From Minisyncoccota bacterium (GTDB lineage Bacteria > Patescibacteriota > Minisyncoccia > JBAYJV01): a stretch of 64,000 nucleotides of DNA. A model generated the notes under the pieces. The model did no database searches. It was not told the origin of the DNA and saw only the letters and a program-made list of their open reading frames with translations. Each line of letters starts with the position of its first letter. Positions within the stretch are counted from its first letter, which is position 1. Positions 29,106-37,700 of this stretch are shown piece by piece. The position numbers were made by a program, and so were the translations under genes. The DNA is taken from contig JBAYJV010000001.1 in NCBI GenBank assembly GCA_041664925.1, forward strand, positions 213,438 through 277,437, given 5' to 3'.

Positions 29106-29555
29106 TTATTCTAACTTAAGGGTATTATTATCAATAATCTTTCCGTAAAAATCTAACCTTTCACCTGTTTGATCATTAATTCCTAAGCTCAAATAACTAT
29201 TGTCTTTTGCTTTAAAATCCCAAAATCTTTCGCTATCACCTTTTTTAAACATTCCTTCTCCTTGAATTTCTTCAGCGACAGCATGAGTCGAATATAGAAA
29301 TTTAAATTTTTTTCCTTCAAAATTAAGTTCTTTTGAAAACGGTTGCTGAAAAAAAGTTTTTATTTCTTTAACCAAAAGAAACATATTGCTATTCAAGTCA
29401 TCCGCAAAAACATAACCATCATTTAAACAACATTTGATATAAAAACTGCCATCGTCAAACCTGAATTTAACCACTTCTTCTACGATAAAATCTTTTCCAT
29501 CGGCTGATAATTTTATGTTCGGTTTAATTTTTGTACGAAATTCTGCAACTTCCAT
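29106..29555 (-). CDS. Hypothetical protein
   Basis: ORF in a co-oriented run. Confidence 0.65.
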   Translation of the reverse strand: MEVAEFRTKIKPNIKLSADGKDFIVEEVVKFRFDDGSFYIKCCLNDGYVFADDLNSNMFLLVKEIKTFFQQPFSKELNFEGKKFKFLYSTHAVAEEIQGEGMFKKGDSERFWDFKAKDNSYLSLGINDQTGERLDFYGKIIDNNTLKLE

Positions 29556-29567
29556 AAATAGTTTATT

Positions 29568-29807
29568 TTATGATTTCTTTTTTAATTTCTTTATCATATC
29601 AACCAAGGCAATTAAAACACCGATGCCCATCAGTCCATATCCTACTAATCTATTTTCTCCAAAAATAATTCCTGCCAGCACAAAAGCAAAAGCTAAGCCG
29701 GCGAGAGGAGAAAGTTTGCTCCCTGATTTTTTTCCTTTCATAAAAAACATCAAGCTTGCGATAACCGCTAATACTGCTATGGCGATTATAATATAAATCT
29801 GTTTCAT
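29568..29807 (-). CDS. Small membrane protein
   Basis: Three hydrophobic segments, LSPLAGLAFAFVLAGIIFGENRL. Confidence 0.75.
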   Translation of the reverse strand: MKQIYIIIAIAVLAVIASLMFFMKGKKSGSKLSPLAGLAFAFVLAGIIFGENRLVGYGLMGIGVLIALVDMIKKLKKKS

Positions 29808-29824
29808 GTTTATAATTTTATAAT

Positions 29825-30409
29825 TTATTTTTCCAAAATAATTTTTAATAACTCTGGAAATTCTTCAGTTCCCATATGGCTTATTACATAATGTCCGTGA
29901 TTTTTTAATTCAATAATTTTTCCTCCTAATGCTTCGTGAAAAATTTTTAAACTTTCTTTTCCGTCACTTTCTTCATCGTCAGAAGTAAACATGATTATTT
30001 CGCCAACTCTTGATTTTATACTCCCGTCAATTTGATAGTTATAAAAAGCTTCTCTCGCTTCATCGCCCAAATCATTAATTTTCCATGGGGCAACAAGGAT
30101 GAGTTTGGAAATTTTTTTCTTTGTTTCCCCAAGCCAACGAACTAAAAAAGCACAACCACAGCTGTGCCCGATTAAAATTGTGTTTTCCCCAATATCATAT
30201 TTCTCAAACTCATTTTTATATTTTGTATAATCAGGCTTCCATGGGGTTGGCATGAGGGGCGTTTCCGTTTCTATTCCTCTTTTTAACAACTCTTTTTTAA
30301 TCCATGGCATCCAGTGTTTATCATAATCCCTTGTTTCCGGACTCATCGCTTTTTCAACATTCGAAGGACAACCATGAATAATAAAAACTTTTCCTTGTGT
30401 AAGTTTCAT
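29825..30409 (-). CDS. RBBP9/YdeN-family alpha/beta hydrolase
   Basis: IIHG, HWMPW, GHSCG, LVAP, SDD and GH motifs. Confidence 0.9.
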   Translation of the reverse strand: MKLTQGKVFIIHGCPSNVEKAMSPETRDYDKHWMPWIKKELLKRGIETETPLMPTPWKPDYTKYKNEFEKYDIGENTILIGHSCGCAFLVRWLGETKKKISKLILVAPWKINDLGDEAREAFYNYQIDGSIKSRVGEIIMFTSDDEESDGKESLKIFHEALGGKIIELKNHGHYVISHMGTEEFPELLKIILEK

Positions 30410-30424
30410 AAAAAACATGAAAAT

Positions 30425-30862
30425 TTATAATTTTATCCCCCGAAATTTCATATAGTCTTTTATAGTTTTGTCGTAACTCTCAGCCAAATTCATTTCAAGG
30501 GCTTCTTTTGGACTAACCCACTTATATTCAACTAGTTCTTTGTTATCAATTTTAACATCAGGGGTCTCTGTTTTACAGAAAATATCAAAATAAACAAAAT
30601 GAGCCGGTCTATCAAAATCCTGAGAGTCAATAAGTTCACCATATGAAATTATCCCTTCTGATTTGAGAGATAATCCCACCTCTTCTTCAGCCTCTCTTAA
30701 AAGTGCTTCATTAATTGTTTCGCCAGGCTCAATATGACCACCTGGCATTGTCCATTTATTGTGCCATTTCGGTGATTTGACAAGCAATATTTTGCCATCA
30801 GAATTTTCAATGATAGCCGAACCAACCACCTCTACGCCTCTTGGAAATTTATTATCTTTCAT
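30425..30862 (-). CDS. Nudix hydrolase
   Basis: Canonical box GGHIEPGETINEALLREAEEEVGL. Confidence 0.93.
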   Translation of the reverse strand: MKDNKFPRGVEVVGSAIIENSDGKILLVKSPKWHNKWTMPGGHIEPGETINEALLREAEEEVGLSLKSEGIISYGELIDSQDFDRPAHFVYFDIFCKTETPDVKIDNKELVEYKWVSPKEALEMNLAESYDKTIKDYMKFRGIKL

Positions 30863-30921
30863 AAATACATAAATTATTAATGTGATTTTATTCTGTGCAA
30901 GCTGTAGTTAAGTTATTGTAG

Positions 30922-31272
30922 TTATACTAACCTTTCAACAAATTCAACTTTATTTTTATCTGGATCTAATACGCTAAAGTTTTTACCCCATTTCTGAATA
31001 GTTAACTCTTTGTAAATTTGCACATTCTTTTGTTGTAGCAACTCATACCAATTTTCGATTCCACTCTCCATAGAAATAATTACCGTTTGAGCTCCTGGCA
31101 ATTCTCTTTCTTTGTCTTTCTTCTTGATGCCTAATTTTGCGCCATTGGAAAAAATAAAAGACACATACTTATCGCCATCTTGATATTCAAGATTAAAGCC
31201 AAAAATATCCCGATAAAATTCGGTAATTTTGTTAATGTTATCTGTATAAAATACTGCGGTTTCTAGGTTCAT
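30922..31272 (-). CDS. VOC/glyoxalase-family protein
   Basis: FY..IFGF and WG..F...DPD.N.VEF motifs. Confidence 0.88.
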   Translation of the reverse strand: MNLETAVFYTDNINKITEFYRDIFGFNLEYQDGDKYVSFIFSNGAKLGIKKKDKERELPGAQTVIISMESGIENWYELLQQKNVQIYKELTIQKWGKNFSVLDPDKNKVEFVERLV

Positions 31273-31667
31273 ATATGAGTTAACCAATTCTTCATTGGCA
31301 TAACTATGTCGTCAATCACATTATATTCTATGATTAGGCTGGCAATTCCCTTGGTTGTGTCTTTTATTTGTGTTCCTTTTTTTGCTATAACAATTACTTT
31401 TTTATTAAGAGTAAAAGCCATGCCAGCTTCTATAGCCCTTCCCGTTGGTTTATTTGTCATATCAATTAACAATACATCTGATTTACTGATTTCGTCTTTG
31501 GCTCGTTTCATCAGCTCCTGAGGATTATTAAATATTTTTATGTAATTTTCAATATCTCGGATAAAACAAAAGTCTTCAAAACCAGCCATTCTTACAAGTT
31601 CGCAAAGATGTTCAATTTCTTTCTTATTTTCTCCATTTTGAAAACTAGCTGTTATAAAGACTTTCAT
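31269..31667 (-). CDS. Nucleoside 2-deoxyribosyltransferase-like protein
   Basis: KVFITAS, I.KSDVLL and G.AIEAG.A...K.VI pattern. Confidence 0.7.
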   Translation of the reverse strand: MKVFITASFQNGENKKEIEHLCELVRMAGFEDFCFIRDIENYIKIFNNPQELMKRAKDEISKSDVLLIDMTNKPTGRAIEAGMAFTLNKKVIVIAKKGTQIKDTTKGIASLIIEYNVIDDIVMPMKNWLTHI

Positions 31668-31689
31668 AGATATACAAAGTAAAATTTCG

Positions 31690-31837
31690 TGGACTGGGAG
31701 GGACTTGTCCCAGAAACTTCTATCCCGATAATTCGGGATTAGAATTTCGGGATCCCGTCATTGTAATTCCGGTAAACCGGAATAACAAGTGACTGGGAAA
31801 CCCTCTACCTCCCCGGCATGCCGGGGTGTTCTACCAT
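31690..31837 (-). pseudogene. tRNA(Ala)-like relic with a 91-nt insertion in the T-loop; 5' end missing
   Basis: TGGTAGAACA-CCCCG..CGGGG-AGGTA-GAGGG-TT[insert 31708-31798]CAAGT-CCCTC-CCAGTCCA. Confidence 0.7.
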
Positions 31838-31847
31838 CCTTAATATA

Positions 31848-31918
31848 TGGACTCACCGGGAATCGAACCCGGATATCGACAATGCGAATGTCGCGTAATA
31901 CCGTTATACTATGAGCCC
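31848..31918 (-). tRNA. tRNA-Ala(CGC)
   Basis: Cloverleaf, anticodon loop TT-CGC-AT, G3:U70 pair, GGTTCGATTCC; CCA not encoded. Confidence 0.95.
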
Positions 31919-31926
31919 ATTGAAGG

Positions 31927-32032
31927 AAACTCAAAACTTAAATCTCAAAACGCAAAACCATAACTTAAAACTAAAAGCTTAATAGTTTTAATTTTTGAAT
32001 TTTGGCTTTAACTTTTGAGCTTTGAGCTCTAA
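31927..32032. repeat. Intergenic inverted heptamer-repeat hairpin with no ORF
   Basis: ctcaaaa/cttaaat/ctcaaaa/cgcaaaa arm and complementary tttaac/ttttgag/ctttgag arm. Confidence 0.75.
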
Positions 32033-32033
32033 G

Positions 32034-32477
32034 CTATCCTCTTATCTTTCTCGCAATTCTTCTCAAGGTTTCATCTTCGGCTTTTTCACCCGACCTGGTA
32101 TCAATAAATCCCGGGTAATTTTCATAATAAACCGTTTCATCAGAAGCAGTCATTTTGGATTCATCATCATTGTGCATCGGATAAAGCTTTATATGAGCAT
32201 GATCGACTCCGGTACCCTCAATTACCAAAGCGACTCTTTCTACCTCCAATTTTTTCTTTAAAATATGACTGAGCGCTTTTCCCGAAGTTAAAAAATTGCG
32301 AAATGTTTCCTCGGGCATTTTTGTAAAATCGGAAGGATAGTGGATTTTTGAAATCACAACTGCTTGTCCCTCGGTATTGGGAAACAAGTCTAAAATTCCG
32401 ATGCTATTTTTATCTTCGTAAATTTTATGCGCTTCGATCTCGCCTGAAATAATTTTACAAAATAGACACTTAGGCAT
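32034..32477 (-). CDS. HIT-family hydrolase
   Basis: CLFCKII.GEI; V.HAHIKLYP variant histidine triad. Confidence 0.9.
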   Translation of the reverse strand: MPKCLFCKIISGEIEAHKIYEDKNSIGILDLFPNTEGQAVVISKIHYPSDFTKMPEETFRNFLTSGKALSHILKKKLEVERVALVIEGTGVDHAHIKLYPMHNDDESKMTASDETVYYENYPGFIDTRSGEKAEDETLRRIARKIRG

Positions 32478-32495
32478 ATTTGAATTTAAAATAAT

Positions 32496-33065
32496 TTAGG
32501 CCTTGCTAACTCTTTCCGTGTAATCACCTGTTTCGGTATTCACCATAATTCTGTCGCCTGTGTTTATGAAAACAGGAGCTTTTATTTCTGTGCCATTTTC
32601 AAGAACAATCATTTTTGTTCCTCTCTGGGCAGCATCGGATTTGTCTCCCGGAGGCGCTTCTTTTACTAGAAATTCCATTTTAACGGGGATTTCCAAGGAA
32701 ACAATTTTTTCATCAAATTCCATCGCTCTAACAATGCTGTTTGGTTTTAAAAATCTTACCTGATCGCCAATAATCTTTTCTTCAATCATAAACCTTTTTG
32801 AGGGATTATTTATTTCACAAAACCAAAACTCGCCTCGATGGCTATAAAGATATTTAATTTCTCGCTTTGAAATATCGGCTTCTTCAAAGGTATCAGCCGC
32901 CCTGAAGCTTAAAGTCAGCACATTTCCTGAAATCAAGTTTTTAATTTTTGCTTGGAGCGAAGAAGCGCCCCTAGCAACAAAAACATGCTTAGATTCTAAA
33001 ACTCTGAAGGGCTGTTTTTGCCAGAGAAAAACGGTGTTTACTTTTAAATCATTAATAGACAACAT
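32496..33065 (-). CDS. efp: Elongation factor P
   Basis: KIKNL.SG, YLY, K...LENG.....P.FI..GD.I.V.T..G.Y..R. Confidence 0.95.
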   Translation of the reverse strand: MLSINDLKVNTVFLWQKQPFRVLESKHVFVARGASSLQAKIKNLISGNVLTLSFRAADTFEEADISKREIKYLYSHRGEFWFCEINNPSKRFMIEEKIIGDQVRFLKPNSIVRAMEFDEKIVSLEIPVKMEFLVKEAPPGDKSDAAQRGTKMIVLENGTEIKAPVFINTGDRIMVNTETGDYTERVSKA

Positions 33066-33074
33066 AATTAAATT

Positions 33075-33195
33075 AAAAACTTAAAGTTAAAAATGCCTGC
33101 CTGCCGGTAGGCAGGAAAAATAACAATTTAAAATTAAAAATTATTAAATACTTCCGATATTTTTCACTTTTCGCTTTACGTTTTTCGTTTTTCTA
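33075..33195. repeat. Inverted heptamer-repeat hairpin containing a 20-bp palindromic insertion (33096-33115)
   Basis: A-rich arm interrupted by CCTGCCTGCCGGTAGGCAGG; T-rich arm ttttcac/ttttcgc/tttacg. Confidence 0.75.
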
Positions 33196-33252
33196 ATATA
33201 CCATAATTTATGAAAAAGAAAAGGCCTAGTCGCAATAACTAGGCCTATGGTA

Positions 33253-33741
33253 TCAATTACTGCTCTCTAGTTTTCCTTTTACAGAAGTTAAATTACTAAC
33301 ATGAGTAGGACTTTTCTTAATCAAACATCTTCGTGCTTGTACCGTCTGAACAGTTCTTCCAAGATATTTAGCAAGCTCACGATCTTTTGCTCCTGTAGCA
33401 ATTATTACTTTCTTAGAATCGATGATTATTTTAAACAAAATCATGATTTCTTCAAGAGTACTATACGCTTCTCCGCTGTTATAATTGTGTTCTGCGCCAA
33501 TTATATAATTCCTTTTCTTTCCCTCATTTCTTTTGTGTGGATTTCTACTTCTCCATCTTTTGTGATTCTTATAATGACGACCAGGATGATCGGCGCGCCA
33601 TTGCTTGTTATATTCTCGATCACGTTTTCTTGCTTTTTCAAGATTCTCTGTCCGCCACCAATGATCATAACATCTTCTGCACATGCCTCGTGCATAGACC
33701 TTTCTTCCGCATCCCTCCGTCTTGCACTTTTTCTCGGACAT
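33253..33741 (-). CDS. Hypothetical zinc-finger/HTH protein (cassette)
   Basis: CKTEGC..KVYARGMCRRCY; C-terminal ELAKYLGRTVQTVQARR. Confidence 0.7.
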   Translation of the reverse strand: MSEKKCKTEGCGRKVYARGMCRRCYDHWWRTENLEKARKRDREYNKQWRADHPGRHYKNHKRWRSRNPHKRNEGKKRNYIIGAEHNYNSGEAYSTLEEIMILFKIIIDSKKVIIATGAKDRELAKYLGRTVQTVQARRCLIKKSPTHVSNLTSVKGKLESSN

Positions 33742-33752
33742 TTTCACCCTCC

Positions 33753-33825
33753 TTTAGAGATTCTTAGCAAAGTCATGAGCTTAGAAACTCTTAAGTCCCG
33801 TACCGTGCTTGCTCTGGTACGGGAC
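33753..33825 (-). promoter_or_regulatory. Two-hairpin leader motif, copy C
   Basis: GTCCCGTACC..GGTACGGGAC then TTAAGAGTTTCT...AGAATCTCTAAA and GGAGG. Confidence 0.8.
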
Positions 33826-33911
33826 AGTTATTATCAGCACACCTCTTCGTGTACTTGGCGAAGGACTACCTCACCTTTCCTCCCAAGAACTTCTCTTATT
33901 CTATAATATAT

Positions 33912-34508
33912 TTATTTTTTGTCAAGCACTTTCTTGATTATTTTAAAGTCTTCTATAAGGGTTTCTTTTTGATTAGCATCATATACAGCAACAGCGGGGT
34001 GATAGAGAGGAATGATTTTTCGCTGTTTTTCTTCAAAAACTTGTCCTCTAATTTTGCTAATTCCTTGAACTTTATCGGTGAAACCAAATTTTTCTAAAAT
34101 ATATCTAGTCGCAAAATTGCCTAAGGTACAGATTATTTTTGGGTTAATAATTTCAATTTGCTTATCTAGATAAGAAACGCAATTAGAAATTTCGTTAGGT
34201 AGGGGATTTCGATTATCGGGCGGACGACATTTTAAAATATTGCAAATATAAACATCTTCTCTTTCAAGCCCAATCGCTTCCAAAAGTTCCGATAAAACTT
34301 CGCCTGATCTACCGCAAAATGGCCGACCCTGCAAATCTTCGTTTTTTCCCGGGGCTTCGCCAATAAACATAATTCCAGCGCTATGACTTCCTTGGCCAAT
34401 TACAGGCAAGGTTCGCGTTTTATAGAGCGGACAGTTTTGACAAGCAATAACTTGGTTTTTTACATCAAGCAATCCTTTGTCGGCTTTTGTTAGTTTATTT
34501 TTATCCAT
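33912..34508 (-). CDS. Uracil-DNA glycosylase, family 4
   Basis: C..C.L, GEAPG..ED..GRPF, N..KCRPP.NR and HPA motifs. Confidence 0.95.
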   Translation of the reverse strand: MDKNKLTKADKGLLDVKNQVIACQNCPLYKTRTLPVIGQGSHSAGIMFIGEAPGKNEDLQGRPFCGRSGEVLSELLEAIGLEREDVYICNILKCRPPDNRNPLPNEISNCVSYLDKQIEIINPKIICTLGNFATRYILEKFGFTDKVQGISKIRGQVFEEKQRKIIPLYHPAVAVYDANQKETLIEDFKIIKKVLDKK

Positions 34509-34606
34509 AATGTTAAAATATTTTAACCTGATTTAATTCTATCATTTTTTAAAATAATCAAAAAGTGTTACAATGAGAATTGTTATATAATTTGTAAATT
34601 AAAAAA

Positions 34607-35188
34607 ATGAAAGAAACTCTAAAAAACTTAACCAAGGCCTTTATCGGCGAATCTCAAGCGAGAAATCGCTACACTTTTTATTCAAGAGTTGCTCAAAAAG
34701 AAGGTTACGAACAAATCGGCGAAATTTTCCTCCTAACGGCTGATAATGAAAAAGCTCATGCCAAGAGACTCTTTGAGCATATTCAAGAATTAAAGAAAGA
34801 AGAAAAAGATTCTAGTGAAGTTACGGTTGAAGCTGGTATGCCAGCAGTTTATGGAACAACTATAGAAAACTTGAAAGCATCAATTGAAGGCGAAAACTTT
34901 GAAAATACAAAAATGTACCCAGAGTTTGCTGACACAGCCGAAAAAGAAGGTTATCTAGAAATCGCTAAAAGGTTGAAGGCAATTGCCATGGCTGAACTTC
35001 ATCACAAAGAAAGATACGAAAAACTTTTAGCGCAACTTGAGGCTGGAACGGTTTTTAAAAAAACAAAAGAAACTTGGTGGGTTTGTCGTGAATGCGGCTA
35101 TATCCATTTTGGCACCACTCCTCCAGAAGCTTGCCCATCTTGCGATCACCCGACCGCTTTTTATCAGGTCCAGTGTGAAAATTATTAA
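34607..35188 (+). CDS. rbr: Rubrerythrin
   Basis: AF.GESQARNRY, E..HA, C-terminal CRECGY...CPSC.H. Confidence 0.96.
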   Translation: MKETLKNLTKAFIGESQARNRYTFYSRVAQKEGYEQIGEIFLLTADNEKAHAKRLFEHIQELKKEEKDSSEVTVEAGMPAVYGTTIENLKASIEGENFENTKMYPEFADTAEKEGYLEIAKRLKAIAMAELHHKERYEKLLAQLEAGTVFKKTKETWWVCRECGYIHFGTTPPEACPSCDHPTAFYQVQCENY

Positions 35189-35196
35189 ATATAACT

Positions 35197-35574
35197 ATGA
35201 CAAAATTAAACCAAATTTATCGCTGCAATATTTGCGGCAATATCGTTGAGATGATTCATGAAGGCGCTGGCCAGCTTGTTTGTTGCGGACAGGCCATGGA
35301 ATTACTTCTAGAAAAAACCGAAGATCAAGGAGCAGAAAAACATCTTCCTGTCGCAAAAAAAATTGATGGTGGTGTCAGAATAAAAATTGGCTCTGTCGCT
35401 CATCCTATGGAAAAAGAACATTATATTGAATGGATAGAAATCATCACTGAAGATGGGAAAGTTGGCAGAAAGTTCTTGCGTCCCGACGACAAACCAGAGG
35501 CTGATTTTTTCACGCCAAGTTCGCCAAAAACATTTAGAGCTTATTGCAATCTTCACGGATTGTGGAAGGCATAG
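35197..35574 (+). CDS. dfx: Desulfoferrodoxin (superoxide reductase)
   Basis: YRCNICGN, CCG, EKH.P, HPM..EHYIEWI and CNLHGLW motifs. Confidence 0.96.
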   Translation: MTKLNQIYRCNICGNIVEMIHEGAGQLVCCGQAMELLLEKTEDQGAEKHLPVAKKIDGGVRIKIGSVAHPMEKEHYIEWIEIITEDGKVGRKFLRPDDKPEADFFTPSSPKTFRAYCNLHGLWKA

Positions 35575-35580
35575 TAAAAA

Positions 35581-36708
35581 ATGAATACTAAAGAAACTGT
35601 CGGTATTATTGTTCACAAATACGAAAATCCCAATATTTTTTCTGTTCCCTATGGAGAGCAGAATAATTTTTTTAATGAACTATTAATAGAGGCAAAAAAA
35701 ATAAATTTAGAATTGTTTATTTTCCAACCAAAAGATATTAATTGGAAGAAAAAAACTATTAAAACTTTTGTCAATATAAACAATAACTTTATTGAAAAAG
35801 AAATGCCTCTTCCCGACATAGTTTACGACAGAATGTTTTCCAAGACAGCTCAAGAAATCGAAATTTTCAAAGAAGTCCATAAAAAATTTAATCAACTAAA
35901 TATTTTAATTGTTAATTCGAGAAAGTTTATCAAATTGACATGCAATAAATGGGAATTTTATCAATTGTTATATAAAAATAAATTTTTTAGACCCTATCTC
36001 CCCAAAACTTTTCTTTATGAAATAAATATTGCTAAACATTTATTAAAAAAGTGTCGAGCTGTTATTTTAAAACCAAAATACGGAGGACTGGGAACCGGAA
36101 TTATTAGTGTTATTAAAAAAAATTTTATCTTACCAATCTATATTATTGAGTATCAAACTAAAAATAATAGCATTCACAAAAAATATAAAAAATTTAACAT
36201 TTCTCTAAAAACAATTTCATCTTTGATCGAAAAAGGTTGGAAAAGAGGCGGTGGTTATATCGTCCAAGAAAAACTGACTGTAGCTCAATATCAAAAAAGA
36301 GTTTTTGATCTCAGGGTCATGATGCAAAAAACAAAAAAGGGCTGGTCTGTAAGCGGTATTGGCGGAAGAGTCGCCCCTCTAAAAGGATTCTTGGCCAATA
36401 TTCATGCTGGAGGAACAATAGAAAATGGAGTAGATATAATAAAAAATGTTTTTCCTAAAAAATCTACAATCATTCTTAGAAAAATTAAAAAACTTAGCGT
36501 AGCCTTAGCCAGTTATTTAGAAAAGTCCACGGGACCGGCTATCGAAATGGGGGTTGATTGTATCCTAGATAAGAGAGGAAATATCTGGATTATAGAAGTA
36601 AATTCAAAACCTTCGCGATTCATATTTTCTCGAAAAGATATGCTCCATCTTAGAAAAAAAATGATCTTACGACCATTACTATATATGAAGTGGTTAATTG
36701 AGAATTAA
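35581..36708 (+). CDS. YheC/YheD-family ATP-grasp protein
   Basis: PDIVYDR, LP.T, KP..G..G.GI, FDLRV..QK, N...GG and IEVNSKP motifs. Confidence 0.88.
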   Translation: MNTKETVGIIVHKYENPNIFSVPYGEQNNFFNELLIEAKKINLELFIFQPKDINWKKKTIKTFVNINNNFIEKEMPLPDIVYDRMFSKTAQEIEIFKEVHKKFNQLNILIVNSRKFIKLTCNKWEFYQLLYKNKFFRPYLPKTFLYEINIAKHLLKKCRAVILKPKYGGLGTGIISVIKKNFILPIYIIEYQTKNNSIHKKYKKFNISLKTISSLIEKGWKRGGGYIVQEKLTVAQYQKRVFDLRVMMQKTKKGWSVSGIGGRVAPLKGFLANIHAGGTIENGVDIIKNVFPKKSTIILRKIKKLSVALASYLEKSTGPAIEMGVDCILDKRGNIWIIEVNSKPSRFIFSRKDMLHLRKKMILRPLLYMKWLIEN

Positions 36709-36778
36709 AACTACTTGTCAAATTTATTAGAAAAACAGCTCGTTAATTGAGCTGTATTTTTGTTTTTTTATAGATTGT

Positions 36779-37696
36779 TTATTTTTTAAAAAAGACTCTT
36801 TGAGGAATTTTTTTTAAATGCCATCGTTCCTTCCATCCTAAATCTTCTACGCCAGCATCAAGGTATTTTGTTCCAAGAGAAATTGCCTTTTCAAAATTCT
36901 TTGCTGTTAAGTACGTTCCAAGACTAGGAAAATCTTTTTTGTTTGCCCCTGAGTTTATATAAGTGTAGATGTCTTTATATTTTAGCGCCAAAGATACTGC
37001 TTCTTTTTTGCCATTTATAATAATCGTCAGAACTTGAAAACTTAAATCAAGTTTGAGCAAATCTCGAAAAATTTCTTTTCTATGAGGCGTACTAAAAACA
37101 GAATCATCACCAAAACTTCTAATATTTAATTCAAATAATTGATCAACGTCTTCAAAATTATTTTCAAGAATCTTTGGTTGATATAACCTTTCAATTCGAC
37201 GAAGAAGTTTTTTCATTTTGGCGCACGACTTTTGACTGAATTCCCTTGAAAGATAATCATTGGTATTTTTAAGACCAGAAAGATCAGCAACATATTTATA
37301 TTCCAGAATATCGAATTTCTTTGTAAAATCGTCTTCTCCAATAATATCATCTAGTCCCGCTTCTTGCTCAATGGCCTCATAAAATTTAGGAATATATTTT
37401 TCATAACCAGATTTTATGAATATCCGATTATCTTCCATATAACCACCACCAATAAAATCTAAATATCCTTTTTCGGCATTAAATTGTAGCGGAAGCAAGC
37501 CAATATTTTCTTGACCAATTCGTCCTACATAAAAAAATAAGGGATGCTGGAAATACTTATAAAAACAGTATCTCACATCCCAAAGATCATACATGATTTC
37601 ATTAGGACTTAACTCTTGCCAAACTTTTTTTGCTTCTTCTATTTTATCAATTCGGCTAATTTTCAATTTTTGATCACTGCTATCTTTAGGCATCAT
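36779..37696 (-). CDS. GNAT-fold acyltransferase (CelD/BcsL-like)
   Basis: LLPL; C-terminal SLGTYL..A...G....D.G....WKERW pattern. Confidence 0.7.
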   Translation of the reverse strand: MMPKDSSDQKLKISRIDKIEEAKKVWQELSPNEIMYDLWDVRYCFYKYFQHPLFFYVGRIGQENIGLLPLQFNAEKGYLDFIGGGYMEDNRIFIKSGYEKYIPKFYEAIEQEAGLDDIIGEDDFTKKFDILEYKYVADLSGLKNTNDYLSREFSQKSCAKMKKLLRRIERLYQPKILENNFEDVDQLFELNIRSFGDDSVFSTPHRKEIFRDLLKLDLSFQVLTIIINGKKEAVSLALKYKDIYTYINSGANKKDFPSLGTYLTAKNFEKAISLGTKYLDAGVEDLGWKERWHLKKIPQRVFFKK

Positions 37697-37700
37697 ATAT

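Noticed and set aside
33301-33906. 201-aa plus-strand ORF and other antisense or overlapping shadow ORFs (e.g. 641..868, 11631..12068, 13304..13786, 15041..15500, 40403..40699)
   Set aside because: They overlap better-supported genes on the other strand or frame and lack motifs or start signals
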